From Mobula hypostoma (lineage: Eukaryota): DNA of 64,000 nt. Under the pieces are notes generated by a model. The model saw only the letters and a program-made list of their open reading frames with translations, was not told where the DNA came from and made no database searches. Within the stretch, counting starts at the first letter, position 1. Each line of letters opens with the position of its first letter. The position numbers and the translations under genes were made by a program. Below are positions 12,976-25,384 of this stretch, one piece after another. The stretch covers positions 1,116,001 through 1,180,000 of the forward strand of contig NC_086108.1 in NCBI RefSeq assembly GCF_963921235.1, written 5' to 3'.

Positions 12976-15900
12976 TTCCTCTGCAACGCACCCCTTCCAG
13001 TTCATCCGGTGACAACACTGTTATGTCCTACCCAGCCCTTTGGACCCTCACCCTCTCCTAGCCTCCTCACCCAGAAAGAATCCCCTACCAAACATTAACT
13101 CAAGATAAACCCTGTTACCCAGAACAAATACCCCACATAGCGATACAATAAAATAGGTCAGTGCTACCTGGCAAGAGATTGTACAGTTTAACTGCTATTT
13201 TAGATGCCCTGAAACATGCCAGTTTTTTAAAAAAGTTCACAAGATCAGACAATACCACATTCAATGCATTCTCCAACTCTTATCCCCTGATTTGCCTCCT
13301 CCTTTCCATTGCAAACTGTGTTTGACACAGATTTAAATCCACCCTGGTTATCACAGAGACATTGAAAATAGAAAAGGGCAAAGGTCATATAAAACTCTCA
13401 CCCTACCCCTGGCTGAAGATCCCGGGCACTACGCGGCTTTGCTGCCATGTACAAAACACACATGTTCTAAAAATATTAATAAAACGAGGGGGAGGAGTGA
13501 GATCTGATCTCTGAATGCCACCAACAACCCCTGTACGGAACTGGAGCCTCATCTGTCATCTTCAACCCAGCTCCATGGCTCTCACAGGTTCACGTCACCA
13601 TATTTCCAAGGCGAAGCCAAGAGCATCTCACTTCACCCATAAAGGGCCCTGGCCATAAGGAGTTAGTGGGGGGGGGGGTTGGTGGGAGCGACTCCACAGA
13701 CTGAGAGAATGAGGCCTACAGGCTCAAGGCTCGCTTGTCCCTTCCCTTGCAGACGCAGGGCCTGTTTCTTCCCTCCCTCTCCCCCAGGTCCTACATCAGC
13801 CTTTTGACCCAACAGGCCTGAGGCCTGGCCCCTTCCCACAGCCTCTCACACTGCTCATTCCCACCACCCCTCTCCCCAGTCCTAATGATACCTCAGGCTC
13901 GGTGCATCCCCACAGGCTCAAGGTTTGTGTTTCCATTCCCCCAGCAGAACCAAGGCCTGTTCACCACTCCTTCATGCCCAAGGCCAAATGATCACCCTCT
14001 CGGGCCTAGTGCTGGGGTTGGAGGGGGCTGGGTATTGAAGCTGAAATGATCGAGGCTTCGCACGTCTGGAAAACGGCAGGCTGTTCCTCTCTGTTGGGTA
14101 TTTTACACCCATGTTACTTTCCTTCCTTCGAGCCAAGGAATCCTTCTCCAGACCCTCATCCTCAATCAGTACGTGAACATCCAGCAGCAACCACGGAAAG
14201 CTTCAGGAAGTCCTGAGGTTATGGAAGTGCAGGCCTCCATTCACAAGCCCAGTGAAGGCCAAACGACCCACAACTTCTGGGGAAGTGGGTTGGAAGGGTC
14301 CCAAAAATCCCCTACCCATATCTGAAGGAGGTGCTTCCTGAGTATTGCTCCCTGAGCAGCCTGGTTATAATCTTGCATCACTCTGCAATTCAGCAGACTG
14401 TCCGTCACAGATAAGGAGAGATTCCACAAATAAAAACTGAGGCACAAGACCGGCAGTTCAGTCCAACAGTTCAAAGTAACAGGTGCCACTCTAAGCAGAA
14501 TTAACAGTGGCGTAATTTCCGCCTCTGCAGACTTGCCAACAACACCTCTCACTGTGATAGTGTGCCCTCAGCCTCCGCCGTCCTCACCTCCTTTACTTGG
14601 AGTGTTTCAAACCAATTTTTGGAAACTTTAGAACTGTCATTTGGTTTCAGGAGTGTCTTGGGGAGGGAGGCAAAGGATTAAGGGCAGAATTCCCGAGTTC
14701 AAGGCCTACCATCGTAGGCCTTCGCAGTGGCATTAGGAATACCTGAATTGTCCCAACCCCCCAGCAGATGTTTAAAGTCACCACCTCCTCCCTAAATTAC
14801 TGTGGAGTCCTTCGGAATAGAAAATTTATCTCTAGTGCTGGTCTATGAACATAATGATCATAACGTACAAAAATGTCCTTTCAAACGTAGCATTGCTATT
14901 CGGAATGATAATTGAGTTCAGGTCATCCATTGGCTGTGGAGAGAAGGGGACAGGGTCACCCTGATGTGGGGTAGGAAGAAGGGGTGAGAACTCTAGGCAT
15001 TTGGGGTAATATCACGGAGTCAGTCCACTTCAAACCTGACAAAAGTGCTGCCACTAGGGAGGGGTGGGGAAAGAGTACTATCCACCTATTGCCAAAAAGG
15101 GTAAACTAAGGGAATGCCTATAAAATCATATGACATAGGAGGAGAATTAGTCTGCATTCAGCCCATCCGGCCCGCTGAGCATGGCTTATTTATTGTCCCT
15201 CTCAACCCCATTCCTGGCATGCTTTCCAAAGTCCATAAAACCCAGAGCTCGGTAAAGCCGACAGGGCTCACCCACGTCCACTTTTGTCTATCTTTCAATC
15301 CTCTTAAGGCACTTCCTTTGAGTTTCTTTGCCCCTCTTCTTCTTGCCCTGCCCTGAGTTATTGGGAAATGAAGGGTCGTTAATTTCAGGACAAGCTTCCC
15401 TTCCCCGCCCCCGCCGCTACCACCCTGCCAAACCCGTCGACTGTGCAGGAGAATGCACACTGTTGGCTGGCTGACATGGACAATGTGCCCCCCTCTGGCC
15501 ACTTAGTTGGTCATCTAGCTCTTTCTCCAAAAGTTTTCTGCACCACTTCAGCACCAAGTGGCAAACCCTGTCTCCGGTGTCTGTTTCTAAAATGCAAAGT
15601 TATTTCTGGCCCATGAGTCACGTCGTGCATCTTTCACCTTGGACATGAGAGGTCAATTACCCCTGAGCTGCTCATCAACTTTGGCAGAGGGAAAAGAACT
15701 TGGGAACTGCATTTCACAGTTGGCCAACTCAACTGAAGCCTCAGTTTTTGGCAGATGCTTCCCAAATGGGAATAGAGGGGGAAACACTTTTCTCCAGAGA
15801 GGGTAGAGCCCTCTCCCACAGGGGTGGGATTGAAGACGACAGCGGGGAGGTATAAATCCTAAGAGATAAGGAAAGAAAGATACAGGCTAAAGAGAATTTT

Positions 15901-16466
15901 GGTCTGCTGGGCTGAAGGGCCTACTTCTATACTGTACAACTCAATGAGTAGGATTTGGGGATTGAGTTGAGATACACTGAGTAGGAATGGTCTTTTTCTC
16001 TGCCTCTCTCTCACACTCTGAAGTTTGGGAAAATAAACCCGGAGTGTTCTGAGAGGTGTGGACAGTAGCAAAGAGAGCTTCAACCGGGGGGGCACAACCT
16101 CAGGAATGTAAACCTAGAACCTTTTTGGTCTGTGATGAAAGGGGTATTTCTTCAGGGTCCAAAGACCCTTTGGAATTCTCTCCCTCTTGGGGGGCCATGG
16201 ATGCCTCAAGCAGAGGTCAGTGGTTACTCAGGTGAGGTGGGGTGTTGGTTGGAATCCTGAGACACTGGGCGGGAAAGGCACAAATCCGCTATGACTTCCT
16301 TGGGGGAAGAGAAGGTGGGCTGGGAGGATGGGCAAGGGGGAGGGGAGAGGATGTCTATATGGGGAGGGAGTGTGGACGTGACAAAGGAAAGCTGCACTTG
16401 CTGTGGGATTCCTGTGCTCTGCCCCCTCCCCGGGGCACGGCGGGTCGCTCTCCCTGCTGCCCTGCT

Positions 16467-17282
16467 CTAGTGGAAGGGCTGGGCGTCCTGTAACTGTTCG
16501 CCATGCCGTTTCTTGACGTGCTTTTCCAGGGTGCTGTAGATGCTGAAGGGGATGTGGCACGTACGGCAGCGGTAGACCTCCTTTCCCGGCTGGACGTGCG
16601 TTTTCATGTGGCGTGTCAGCTTGCTGCTCTGGGTGCAAGCGTAGGGGCAGAGCTCGCAGCGGTACGGCCGCTCACCGGTGTGGCTACGCCGATGCACTGT
16701 CAGGTTGCTGGCGTTGCGGAAAACCTTGCCACAGAACTCGCAGGCATTGCGCCGGCGGCCTTCATCCCCGCCTCCGCCACCCAGCCGCTTGGGCGTGCCA
16801 GGCCCGCTGTCTGCCGACACGTCCCGGGGCGGGCTGGACGAGCAGGAGCCACCGTTGTTGTCGCCGCCGGAGTTCTCAGAGGCCGGTGAGGCCCGGGGGG
16901 CAGGGGACGGGGAGGGAGTGGTGGCGGAAGAGGAGGCGGGAGGAGGGGGAGGGGGAGGCAGGGCGGCCGGCTGCCGGGATGCAGCGCAGTCAGCCAGCCA
17001 GCGGGAGTAGAAGTTGAAGCCGGCCTCCTCCGGGCCCGAGCCCGGTTCGGACTTCACGGCGGTACGCAACAGGCTGGATCCCAACGGCGACACTAGTAGA
17101 CTCTTGGTGTGGTAGCTGAAACCATTGGCCAGGCCTGGGACTGCGGGCTGCTCAGCCTCACCATTGGCCAGCAGCCGCTCCGAGTCCGAGGCCGGCCCGT
17201 TGCCCTCGCTGTCCGATGGCTCGGTCGCGTCTTCCGGCCGTGTCTCCTCACCCTGGTCCGGGTCCACCATCATCTCTTTAAT
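16467..17282 (-). CDS. Terminal coding exon of the same BCL11-family gene: C-terminal ZF4-ZF6
   Basis: Acceptor ctctgtttctgccaacag|ATT AAA GAG ATG is phase 0, compatible with the upstream donor (...[13 protein letters not shown]...). Encodes [13 protein letters not shown] and [49 protein letters not shown]...[24 protein letters not shown], then a TAG stop. Confidence 0.93.
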   Translation of the reverse strand: MKEMMVDPDQGEETRPEDATEPSDSEGNGPASDSERLLANGEAEQPAVPGLANGFSYHTKSLLVSPLGSSLLRTAVKSEPGSGPEEAGFNFYSRWLADCAASRQPAALPPPPPPPASSSATTPSPSPAPRASPASENSGGDNNGGSCSSSPPRDVSADSGPGTPKRLGGGGGDEGRRRNACEFCGKVFRNASNLTVHRRSHTGERPYRCELCPYACTQSSKLTRHMKTHVQPGKEVYRCRTCHIPFSIYSTLEKHVKKRHGEQLQDAQPFH

Positions 17283-17341
17283 CTGTTGGCAGAAACAGAG
17301 GTTTCCGTGAGATAATAAGAAATAGGAGTATAATTAGGCCA

Positions 17342-17546
17342 ACATGAGGAAATCTGCAGATGCTGGAATTTCAAGCAACACACACAAAAAATGCTGGTGA
17401 ACGCAGCAGGCCAGGCAGCATCTCTAGGAAGAGGTGCAGTCGACATTTCATGCCGAGACCCTGACGAAGGGTCTCGGCCCGAAACGTCGACTGTACCTCT
17501 TCCTATAGATGCTGCCTGACCTGCTGTGTTCATCGGCATTTTTTGT
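17342..17546. mobile_element. Penelope-derived fold-back insertion with a 16-bp TSD
   Basis: Imperfect palindrome of ~160 bp centred near 17465; TSD GAGTATAATTAGGCCA at 17326-17341 and 17547-17562; sits in an older minus-strand CR1 (17310-17990). Confidence 0.85.
17461..17493 (+). ncRNA. Minimal type I hammerhead ribozyme core motif (Penelope-associated)
   Basis: CTGACGA-A-GGG(TCTCGG)CCC-GAAAC-GTC-GACTG; the 5' strand of stem I is lost in this copy. Confidence 0.55.
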
Positions 17547-18405
17547 GAGTATAATTAGGCCATTTGGCCTGTTGACTCTGCTCCACCATTTCATCATGGA
17601 AAATCCATTTTCACTCTCAGCCCCAATCTCCTATCTTCTCCCAATATCCTTCATGCCCTGACTAATCAGGAATCATCAGCCTCTGCCTTAAAAAGTACCC
17701 AATGACTAGGCTTTCACAGCCCCTGCGGCAACAAATTCCACTAATTCACTTCTCTTTGGCTAAAGAAATTACTCCTCATTTCTTTTCTAAAAGGATACCC
17801 CTCTAAGCTGAGGCTGTGTCCTCTGGTTTTAGACTCCCCTCAATGCAGGAGACATTCTCTCCACATCCAAAGGCCTTTCGCCATTCGACAGTTTTCAATG
17901 AGATCTCAACTCATTCTTCTGAACTCCAGTGAATAGAGGCCCAGAGACACCAAATGCTCCTCATAATGACAAGCCTTTCAATACTCTCCAACTCGAAATG
18001 TTAAAATGTTAAAATCTGAAAGGTTGCTGGAAACCTTTCAGGCCATTGGAGCCTGGCCAACAGCAGCTCCCAGTGATGATAGCCTTTATCTGGCTACCCG
18101 AACTGCACCTGCTCCGTAACTGCCGCACTCTTTTGTCAGAGTTTCACAGAACAGAATCAGGTCAATCGGCCTGACACACCCGTGTTGACCAAGGCATCTT
18201 TGTAAGTTAAGACTACAAGACACAGGGACAGAATTAGGCCACTCAGCCCATTGAGATGGCTCTGCCACTTCATCACAGCTGATTTGTTATCGTTCTTGAC
18301 CCTATTCTCTCGACTTCCTGTAACCTTTGACATCCTAACTAATCAAGAACCTATCAAGCTCTTCTTTAAATAGAACCATGTGGTCTGCACAGCCATCTTG
18401 TGGTC

Positions 18406-19466
18406 ATAGAAACATAGAAACATAGAAAATAGGTGCAGGAGTAGGCCATTCGGCCCTTCCAGCCTGCACCGCCATTCAGTATGATCATGGCTGATCATCC
18501 AACTCAGAACCCTGCCTCAGCCTTCCCTCCATACCCCCGATCCCCGTAGCCACAAGGGCCATATCTAACTCCCTCTTAAATATAGCCAATGAACTGGCCT
18601 CAACTGTTTCCTGTGGCAGAGAATTCCACAGATTCACCACTCTCTGTGTGAAGAAGTTTTTCCTAATCTCAGTCCTAAAAGGCTTCCCCTTTATCCTCAA
18701 ACTGTGACCCCTCGTTCTGGACTTCCCCAACATCGGGAACAATCTTCCTGCATCTAGCCTGTCCAATCCCTTTAGGATTTTATACGTTTCAATCAGATCC
18801 CCCCTCAATCTTCTAAATTCCAACGAGTACAAGCCCAGTTCATCCAGTCTTTCTTCATATGAAAGTCCTGCCATCCCAGGAGTCAATCTGGTGAACCTTC
18901 TTTGCACTCCCTCTATGGCAAGGATGTCTTTCCTCAGATTAGGGGACCAAAACTGCACACAATACTCCAGGTGTGGTCTCACCAAGGCCTTGTACAACTG
19001 CAGTAGTACCTCCCTGCTCCTGTACTCGAATCCTCTCGCTATAAGTGCCAGCATACCATTCGCCTTTTTCACCGCCTGCTGTACCTGCATGCCCACTTTC
19101 AACGACTGGTGTATAATGACACCCAGGTCTCGTTGCACCTCCCCTTTTCCTAATCGGCCACCATTCAGATAATAATCTGTTTTCCTATTTTTGCCACCAA
19201 AGTGGATAACTTCACATTTATCCACATTAAATTGCATCTGCCATGAATTTGCCCACTCACCCAACCTATCCAAGTCACCCTGCATCCTCTTAGCATCCTC
19301 CTCACAGCTAACACTGCCGCCCAGCTTCGTGTCATCTGCAAACTTGGAGATGCTGTATTTAATTCCCTCATCCAAGTCATTAATATATATTGTAAACAAC
19401 TGGGGTCCCAGCACTGAGCCTTGCGGTACCCCACTAGTCACTGCCTGCCATTCTGAAAAGGTCCCC
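18406..19466 (-). mobile_element. Young 5'-truncated CR1, same subfamily as the 2858-8678 cluster
   Basis: ORF 18485-19441 (GVPQGS, FADD) and (CTATGTTT)n tail. Confidence 0.95.
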
Positions 19467-20117
19467 TAAAGGAAGTCCTGTGCCCCACTTGCTCGTATTT
19501 GGCTCATACCCTCTAAGTCTTCCCTGTCCATGTATCTGTCCAAGTGTCTTTTTGTCACGTCAGCCTAAAATTGACTCACAAGAGTCAAACAGGCCATTCA
19601 GCCGAACGGTTGCACGCAAACCACAATGCCTTTCTGATGGCTTTGCGGACGAAACGAAGGTAGGTGGAGGGGTAGGTAGTACTGAGGAAGCAATGCGATT
19701 GCAGTGGAAGAATGGGCAAAAAGTGGCAAATGGAATACAGCGCTGGGAGATGTATCATAATGCATTTTGGTAAAAGGAACAATAGTGCATACTATCTACT
19801 AGTTCCACTAGCCTGCATTTTTTCCGGTATCCCTCTAAACCTCCCCGCTGAACACCAGTGGACAGCAGGCAGAATATTCTCCATCTACTATCACTCTCTG
19901 TCTTCTGTAGACGAGTTCAATTCTGAATGCACACAGCCGAGTTTTCATGGATCCACATGGGAACCTCATCAAATGCCTGTCTGAAATCTGTGTACTGTGC
20001 AACACATCCACTGCCTTACATTTAGTCATTTCCTTCGTCACCTCCTTGGGAAAAAATCAATCAGTCTCATAAGGCACAGCCCATCCCTCACATAACCATG
20101 CTATCTATCTCTAACTA

Positions 20118-21009
20118 CAGTACTCTGCAATAGTCTGAGACACATGCAGTATGTATCACTAGGGGGCCTGAGACTTTTGCACGGTACTGTAGTAATTTTA
20201 TGTTTTGCACTGTACTACTGCCACACAAAGAACAACATTCATGACACACGTGAGTGATGATAAACCTGATTCTGATATAGGTCTCTACTGTGGACTGAGA
20301 GTGGGAAGGGGTCAGGGAGAGGGGAATCATGGTTAGGAAAAGGGGAAGGGAGAGGGGAGGGAGCAGGAAGCACCAGAGAGACATTCTGTAATGATCAATA
20401 AACCAATTGTATGGAAACAAATGACCTTGCCTGGTGTCTCAGGACCGGGTGTACCTGCCCCTTACTTGGCACTCTTCCTCTGCCACCTTTCCCACAGTGC
20501 TCCACACTCGCCATTCCCAACATCCTTTGCTCCCACCAGATTTAAAAATTGGTTTCTGCTCCACGTTGAATGTTGAAAGGACGAGATAAAGTGGATGCGG
20601 AGAGGATGTTTCCTCTGGTGGGGGTATCCAGAACTAGACGGCACAGCCTCAAAATTGAGAGGCAACCCTTTAGAACAGGGGTAAGGAGGAATTTCTTTAG
20701 TCAGAGAGTAGTGAACCTGTGGAATGTTCTGCCACAGACTGCGGTGGAGGCCAAGCCCATGGGTATATTTAAGGTGGAAGTTGATAGTTTCCTGATCGGT
20801 CAGGGTATCAAAGGATGTGGTGAGAAGGCAGATGTATAAGGTTGAGTGGGATCCGGGATCAGCCATGATGGAATGGTGGAGCACACTCGATGGGCTGAAT
20901 GGCCTGATTCTGCTCCTATGTCTTATGGCATTGACAAATACAGTACTGTGCAAAAGTCTTCAGGGCCCTAGCTATATATATATGTACCTGAGACCTTTGC
21001 ACAGTACTG
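20118..21009. mobile_element. Non-autonomous Tc1-like composite element with a TIR-spacer-TIR hairpin at each end, interrupted by a CR1 3' fragment (~20570-20930)
   Basis: TA-flanked CAGTACT(G/C)TGCAA(A/T)AGTCT ... AGAC(T/C)TTTGCAC(A/G)GTACTG at 20118-20189 and 20941-21009; a second partial copy lies at 58225-58670. Confidence 0.75.
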
Positions 21010-21459
21010 TATCACCAAATGCTTGTAAATCAGGTCCCTCCGAATCCTCTCATTAATTTTCCCACCTCTGATGTAAGCCTCACAGGCCTATAATTTCCAG
21101 GATTATCCCTATTCCCTTTCTTGAACAGCATTTACCATCCTCCAATTGCCCCGGTCCCAGACCAGGGAGGAAGCAAAGGTCACTGTCAACACCCTAGCAA
21201 TCTCTTCCCTCACTTCCTGTAATAACTGGGGTGTATCCCGTCTAGCCCCAGGGACTGATCTGTCATACTGCTTTTCAGAAACTGCCACACCGCCTCTATC
21301 TTAACCTTGACATGCTCCAGCACATTAGACTGTTCTATGCTGACCTCACATTTGTCAAAGTCCTTCTCCTTGGCCAACACTGAACAGACTATTCATTAAA
21401 GTCCTCCCCACCCTCCAGGCACACACTTACCCCTTTATCCCTCATTGGTCCTATCAAAC

Positions 21460-24400
21460 AACTGATTGTGGACATCAGAAAGGGTAAGATGAGGGGGGGG
21501 GGGAACACAAAGCAGTTCTCATCGAGGGATCAGAAGTGGAAAGGGTGAGCAATTTCAAGTTCCTGGTTATCAACATCTCTATGGATCTATCCTGGACCCA
21601 ACCTCTCAAGAGGGCTACAAAGAAAACATGACAGCAGCTATACTTCATTAAGAATTTGAAAAGATTTGTTATGTCACCAAAAACATTCAAAAATTTCAAC
21701 AGAAGTACTAGAAACATAGAAACCCCACAGCACAATACAGGCCCTTCGGCCCACAAAGCTGTGCCGAACATGTCCCTACCTTAGAACTACCCAGGCTTTA
21801 CCCATAGCCCTCGATTTTTCTAAGCTCCATGCATCCATCCAGGAGTCTCTTAGAAGACCCCATCGTTTCCATCTCCATCGCCATCACCAGCAGCCCATTC
21901 CACAGACTCACCACTCACTGTGTAAAAAACAAGGACACAACCCACCCAGCCAACACACTTTTCGTCCCTCTTCCCTCCGGGAGAAGGCTCAGGAGCTTGA
22001 AGACTCGTACGGCCAGATTTGGGAACAGCTTCTTTCCAACTGTGATAAGACTTCTGAAGGGATCCTGACCCGGATCTGGGCCGTACCCTCCAAATATCCG
22101 GACCTGCCTCTCGGTTTTTTTTTGCACTACCTTACTTTCCCTTTTCCATTTTCTATTTATGATTTATAATTTAATTTAAATTTTTTATATTTGCTATCGA
22201 TTTGTAATCCAGGGAGCACGAAGCGCAGTATCAAATATCGCTGTGATGATTGTACACTCTATTATCAATTGTTTGGCGACAATAAAGTAAAGTAAAGTAA
22301 AAGTAATGCTATATTCTGCCATCATATTTGATCTACCAAAATAAACCACCTCACATTTATCTGGGTTTAACTCCATCTGCCACTTCTCAGCCCAGTTTCG
22401 CATCCTATCAATGTCCCACTGTAACCTCTGACAGCCCTCCACACTATCCACAACACCCCCAACCTTTGTGTCATCAGCAAATTTACTAACCCATCCCTCC
22501 ACTTCCTCATCCAGGTCATTTATAAAAATCACAAAGAGTAGGGGTTCCAGAACAGATCCCTGAGGCACATCACTGGTCACCAACCTCCATGCAGAATATG
22601 ATCCATCTACAACCACTCTTTGCCTTGTGTGAGCAAGCCAGGTCTGGATCCACAAAGCAATGTGCCCTTGGATCCCATGCCTCCTTACTTTCTCAATAAG
22701 CCTTGCATGGGGTACCTTGTCAAATGCCTTGCTGAAATCCATATACACTACATCTACTGCTCTACCTTCATCAATGTGTTTAGTCACATTCTCAAAAAAT
22801 TTAATCAGGCTCGTAAGGCACGACATGCCTTTGACAAAGCCATGCTGACTATTCCTAATCATATTATGCCTCTCCAAATGTTCACAAGTCCTGCCTCTCA
22901 GGATCTTCTCCATCAACTTACCAACCACTGAAGTAAGACTCACTGGTCTATAATTTCCTGGGCTATCCCGACTCCCTTTCTTGAATAAGGGAACAACATC
23001 CACAACCCTCCAATCCTCCAGAACCTCTCCCGTCCTCATTGATGATGCAAAGATCATTGCCAGAGGCTCAGCAATCTCCTCCCTCACTTCCCACAGTAGC
23101 CTGGGGTACATCCCGTATGGTCCCGGTGCCTTATCCAACTTGTTGCTTCCCAAAAGCTCCAGCACATCCTCTTCTTTTAATATCGACATGCTCAAGTTTT
23201 TCAGTCCACTGCAAATCATCCCTACAATCATCAAGATCCTTTTCCGTAATGAATACTGAAGCAAAGTATTGATTAAGTAACTGCTATCTCCCCCGGTTCC
23301 ATACACACTTTTCCACTGTCATACTTGATGAGTCCCATTCTCTCATGTCTTATCCTGTTGCTCTTAACATACTTGTAGAATGCCTTGGGGTTTTCCTTAA
23401 TCCTGTCCGCCAAGGCCTTCTCATGACCCCTTCTGGCTCCCCTGATTTCATTCTTAAACTCCTTCCTGCTAGCCTTATAATCTTCTAGATCTTTATCATT
23501 ACCTAGTTTTTTGAGCCTTTCCATAAGCTCTTCTTTTCTTCTTGACTAGATTTTCAACAGCCTTTGTGCACCACAATTCCAGTACCCTACCATCCTTTCC
23601 CTGTCTCATTGGAATGTATCTACACAGAACCCCATGCAAATATCCCCTGAACATATGCCACATTTCTTCTGTACGTTTCCCTGAGAACATCTGTTTCCGA
23701 TTTCTAGCGCCTCTTCCTCAGGGCACCACTGCTCAATACAAGAGGACATGGCTTTAAGGTAAGGGGTGGGAAGTTCAAGGGGGATATTAGAGGAAGGTTT
23801 TTTACTCAGAGAGTGGTTGGTGCGTGGAATGCACTGCCTGAGTCAGTGGTGGAGGCAGATACACTAGTGAAATTTAAGAGACTACTAGACAGGTATATGG
23901 AGGAATTTAAGGTGGGGGGTTATATCGGAGGCAGGGTTTAAGGGTCTTCACAGCATTGTGGGCCGAAGGGCCTGTACTGTACTAATCTATGTTCTAATTT
24001 ATGCTTCCAAGTTACTGCCTGATAGCCTCATTGTTCCCCTTACTCCAATTAAACGTTTCCCTAACTCGTCTGTTCCTATCCCTCTCCAATGCTATGGTAA
24101 AGGAGATAGAATTGTGATCACTATCTCCTAAATGCTCTCCCACTGAGAGACCTGACACCTGACCAGGTTAATTTCCCAATACCAGATCAAGTACAGCCTC
24201 TCCCCTTGTTGGCTTATGTACATATTGTGTCAAGAAACCTTCCTGAACACACCTTACAAACTCTACCCCATCTAAACCTTCACTCTAGGGAGATGCCAGT
24301 CGATATTTGGGAAATTAATATCTCCCACCACGATGACCCTGTTATTATTACACCTTTCCAGAATCTGTCTCCCTATCTGCTCCTCGATGTTCCTGTTACT

Positions 24401-24970
24401 ATTGGGTTGTCTATAAAAAACACCCAGTAGAGTTATTGATCCCTTCCTATTCCTAACTTCCAGCCACAGAGACGTTGTAGACAACCCCTCCATGACTTCC
24501 TCCTTTTCTGCAGCCGAGACACTGTCTCTGATCAGCAGTGCTATGCCCCCACCTCTTTGCCTCCCTCCCTGTCCTTTCTGAAACATCTATGGAGAGCATT
24601 CTAATTGGCTGTATCATCGTCTGGTACGGGGTGGGGGGGGGGCAACGGCACAGGATCAAAGTAAGCTGCACGGTTGTAAACAGTCGGCTCCACCACGAGC
24701 ACGAGCACTGGTCTCCACAGTGTGCAGCGTGTCTCCAAGGAGCGATGCCCCCCGCCACCAGATTTCTGAATGGACGTTGAACCCATGAACCACCTCACCA
24801 CTTCTCTATTTCTATTTTTGCCCTACTTATTTAACTTTTTTATTGAACTAAATTAATACACACACAGACACGCACACACAAACTGTAATTCAGGAGTTTT
24901 TCTATTATTATGATTGCACTGTACTGCTGTCACAAAGGTGACGACATGCCGGTGATATAAAAACTGATTG
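21460..24970 (+). mobile_element. Rex1/Babar-like LINE 3' part (21460-21708, 24586-24970) split by a CR1 insertion
   Basis: LIVDIRKGK...IEGSEVERVSNFKFL-type text resumes as MESILIGCIIVWYG after 24585. Confidence 0.75.
21709..24585 (-). mobile_element. CR1 ORF2 copy, itself interrupted by a Rex1-like 3' end (~21930-22305, +) and a CR1 3' end (~23700-23995, +)
   Basis: RT in ORF 22194-23306; endonuclease pieces 24272-24586; (AAAGT)n tail of the nested insert near 22285. Confidence 0.88.
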
Positions 24971-25384
24971 TGATTGACTCTCATCCTCCTCCTGTTCCAC
25001 ACGTATATGCAGAAACCCTTGCAGGTGTGTTTTCCTTAACGCTACTCACCAAGGATTTCTCATTTCTCATGCCTCTTCCACCTCTCTTCTTCAGCACCTT
25101 CCTGGCTACTTTATAACTCTCAGGGCCCTTTGCTCCCTAAACCTTCAAACATGTCTTCTTCTTTCGCTTGACCAAATGTTCCACCTTTCTTGTCAATTAT
25201 AGGTTCTTTACCCTACCGTCCATTCCTGCTTCACTGGGACAATCCTATCCTGAACCCAAGCAATGGCTCCCTAAAACAACTTCCACAATGGAATTTCACT
25301 ACGGAAATGCATTTCCATAGTGTATTTCACTAAGAACATCCATTCCCAATTTACGATCCCAACTTCCTCCCAAATACCATTTTA

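Noticed and set aside
12596..13098. THTH/CVCV ORFs
   Set aside because: Translations of (GT)n.
16228..17315. Overlapping alternative-frame ORFs on the zinc-finger exons (also 41421-42355)
   Set aside because: Expected from high GC content; no independent coding signal.
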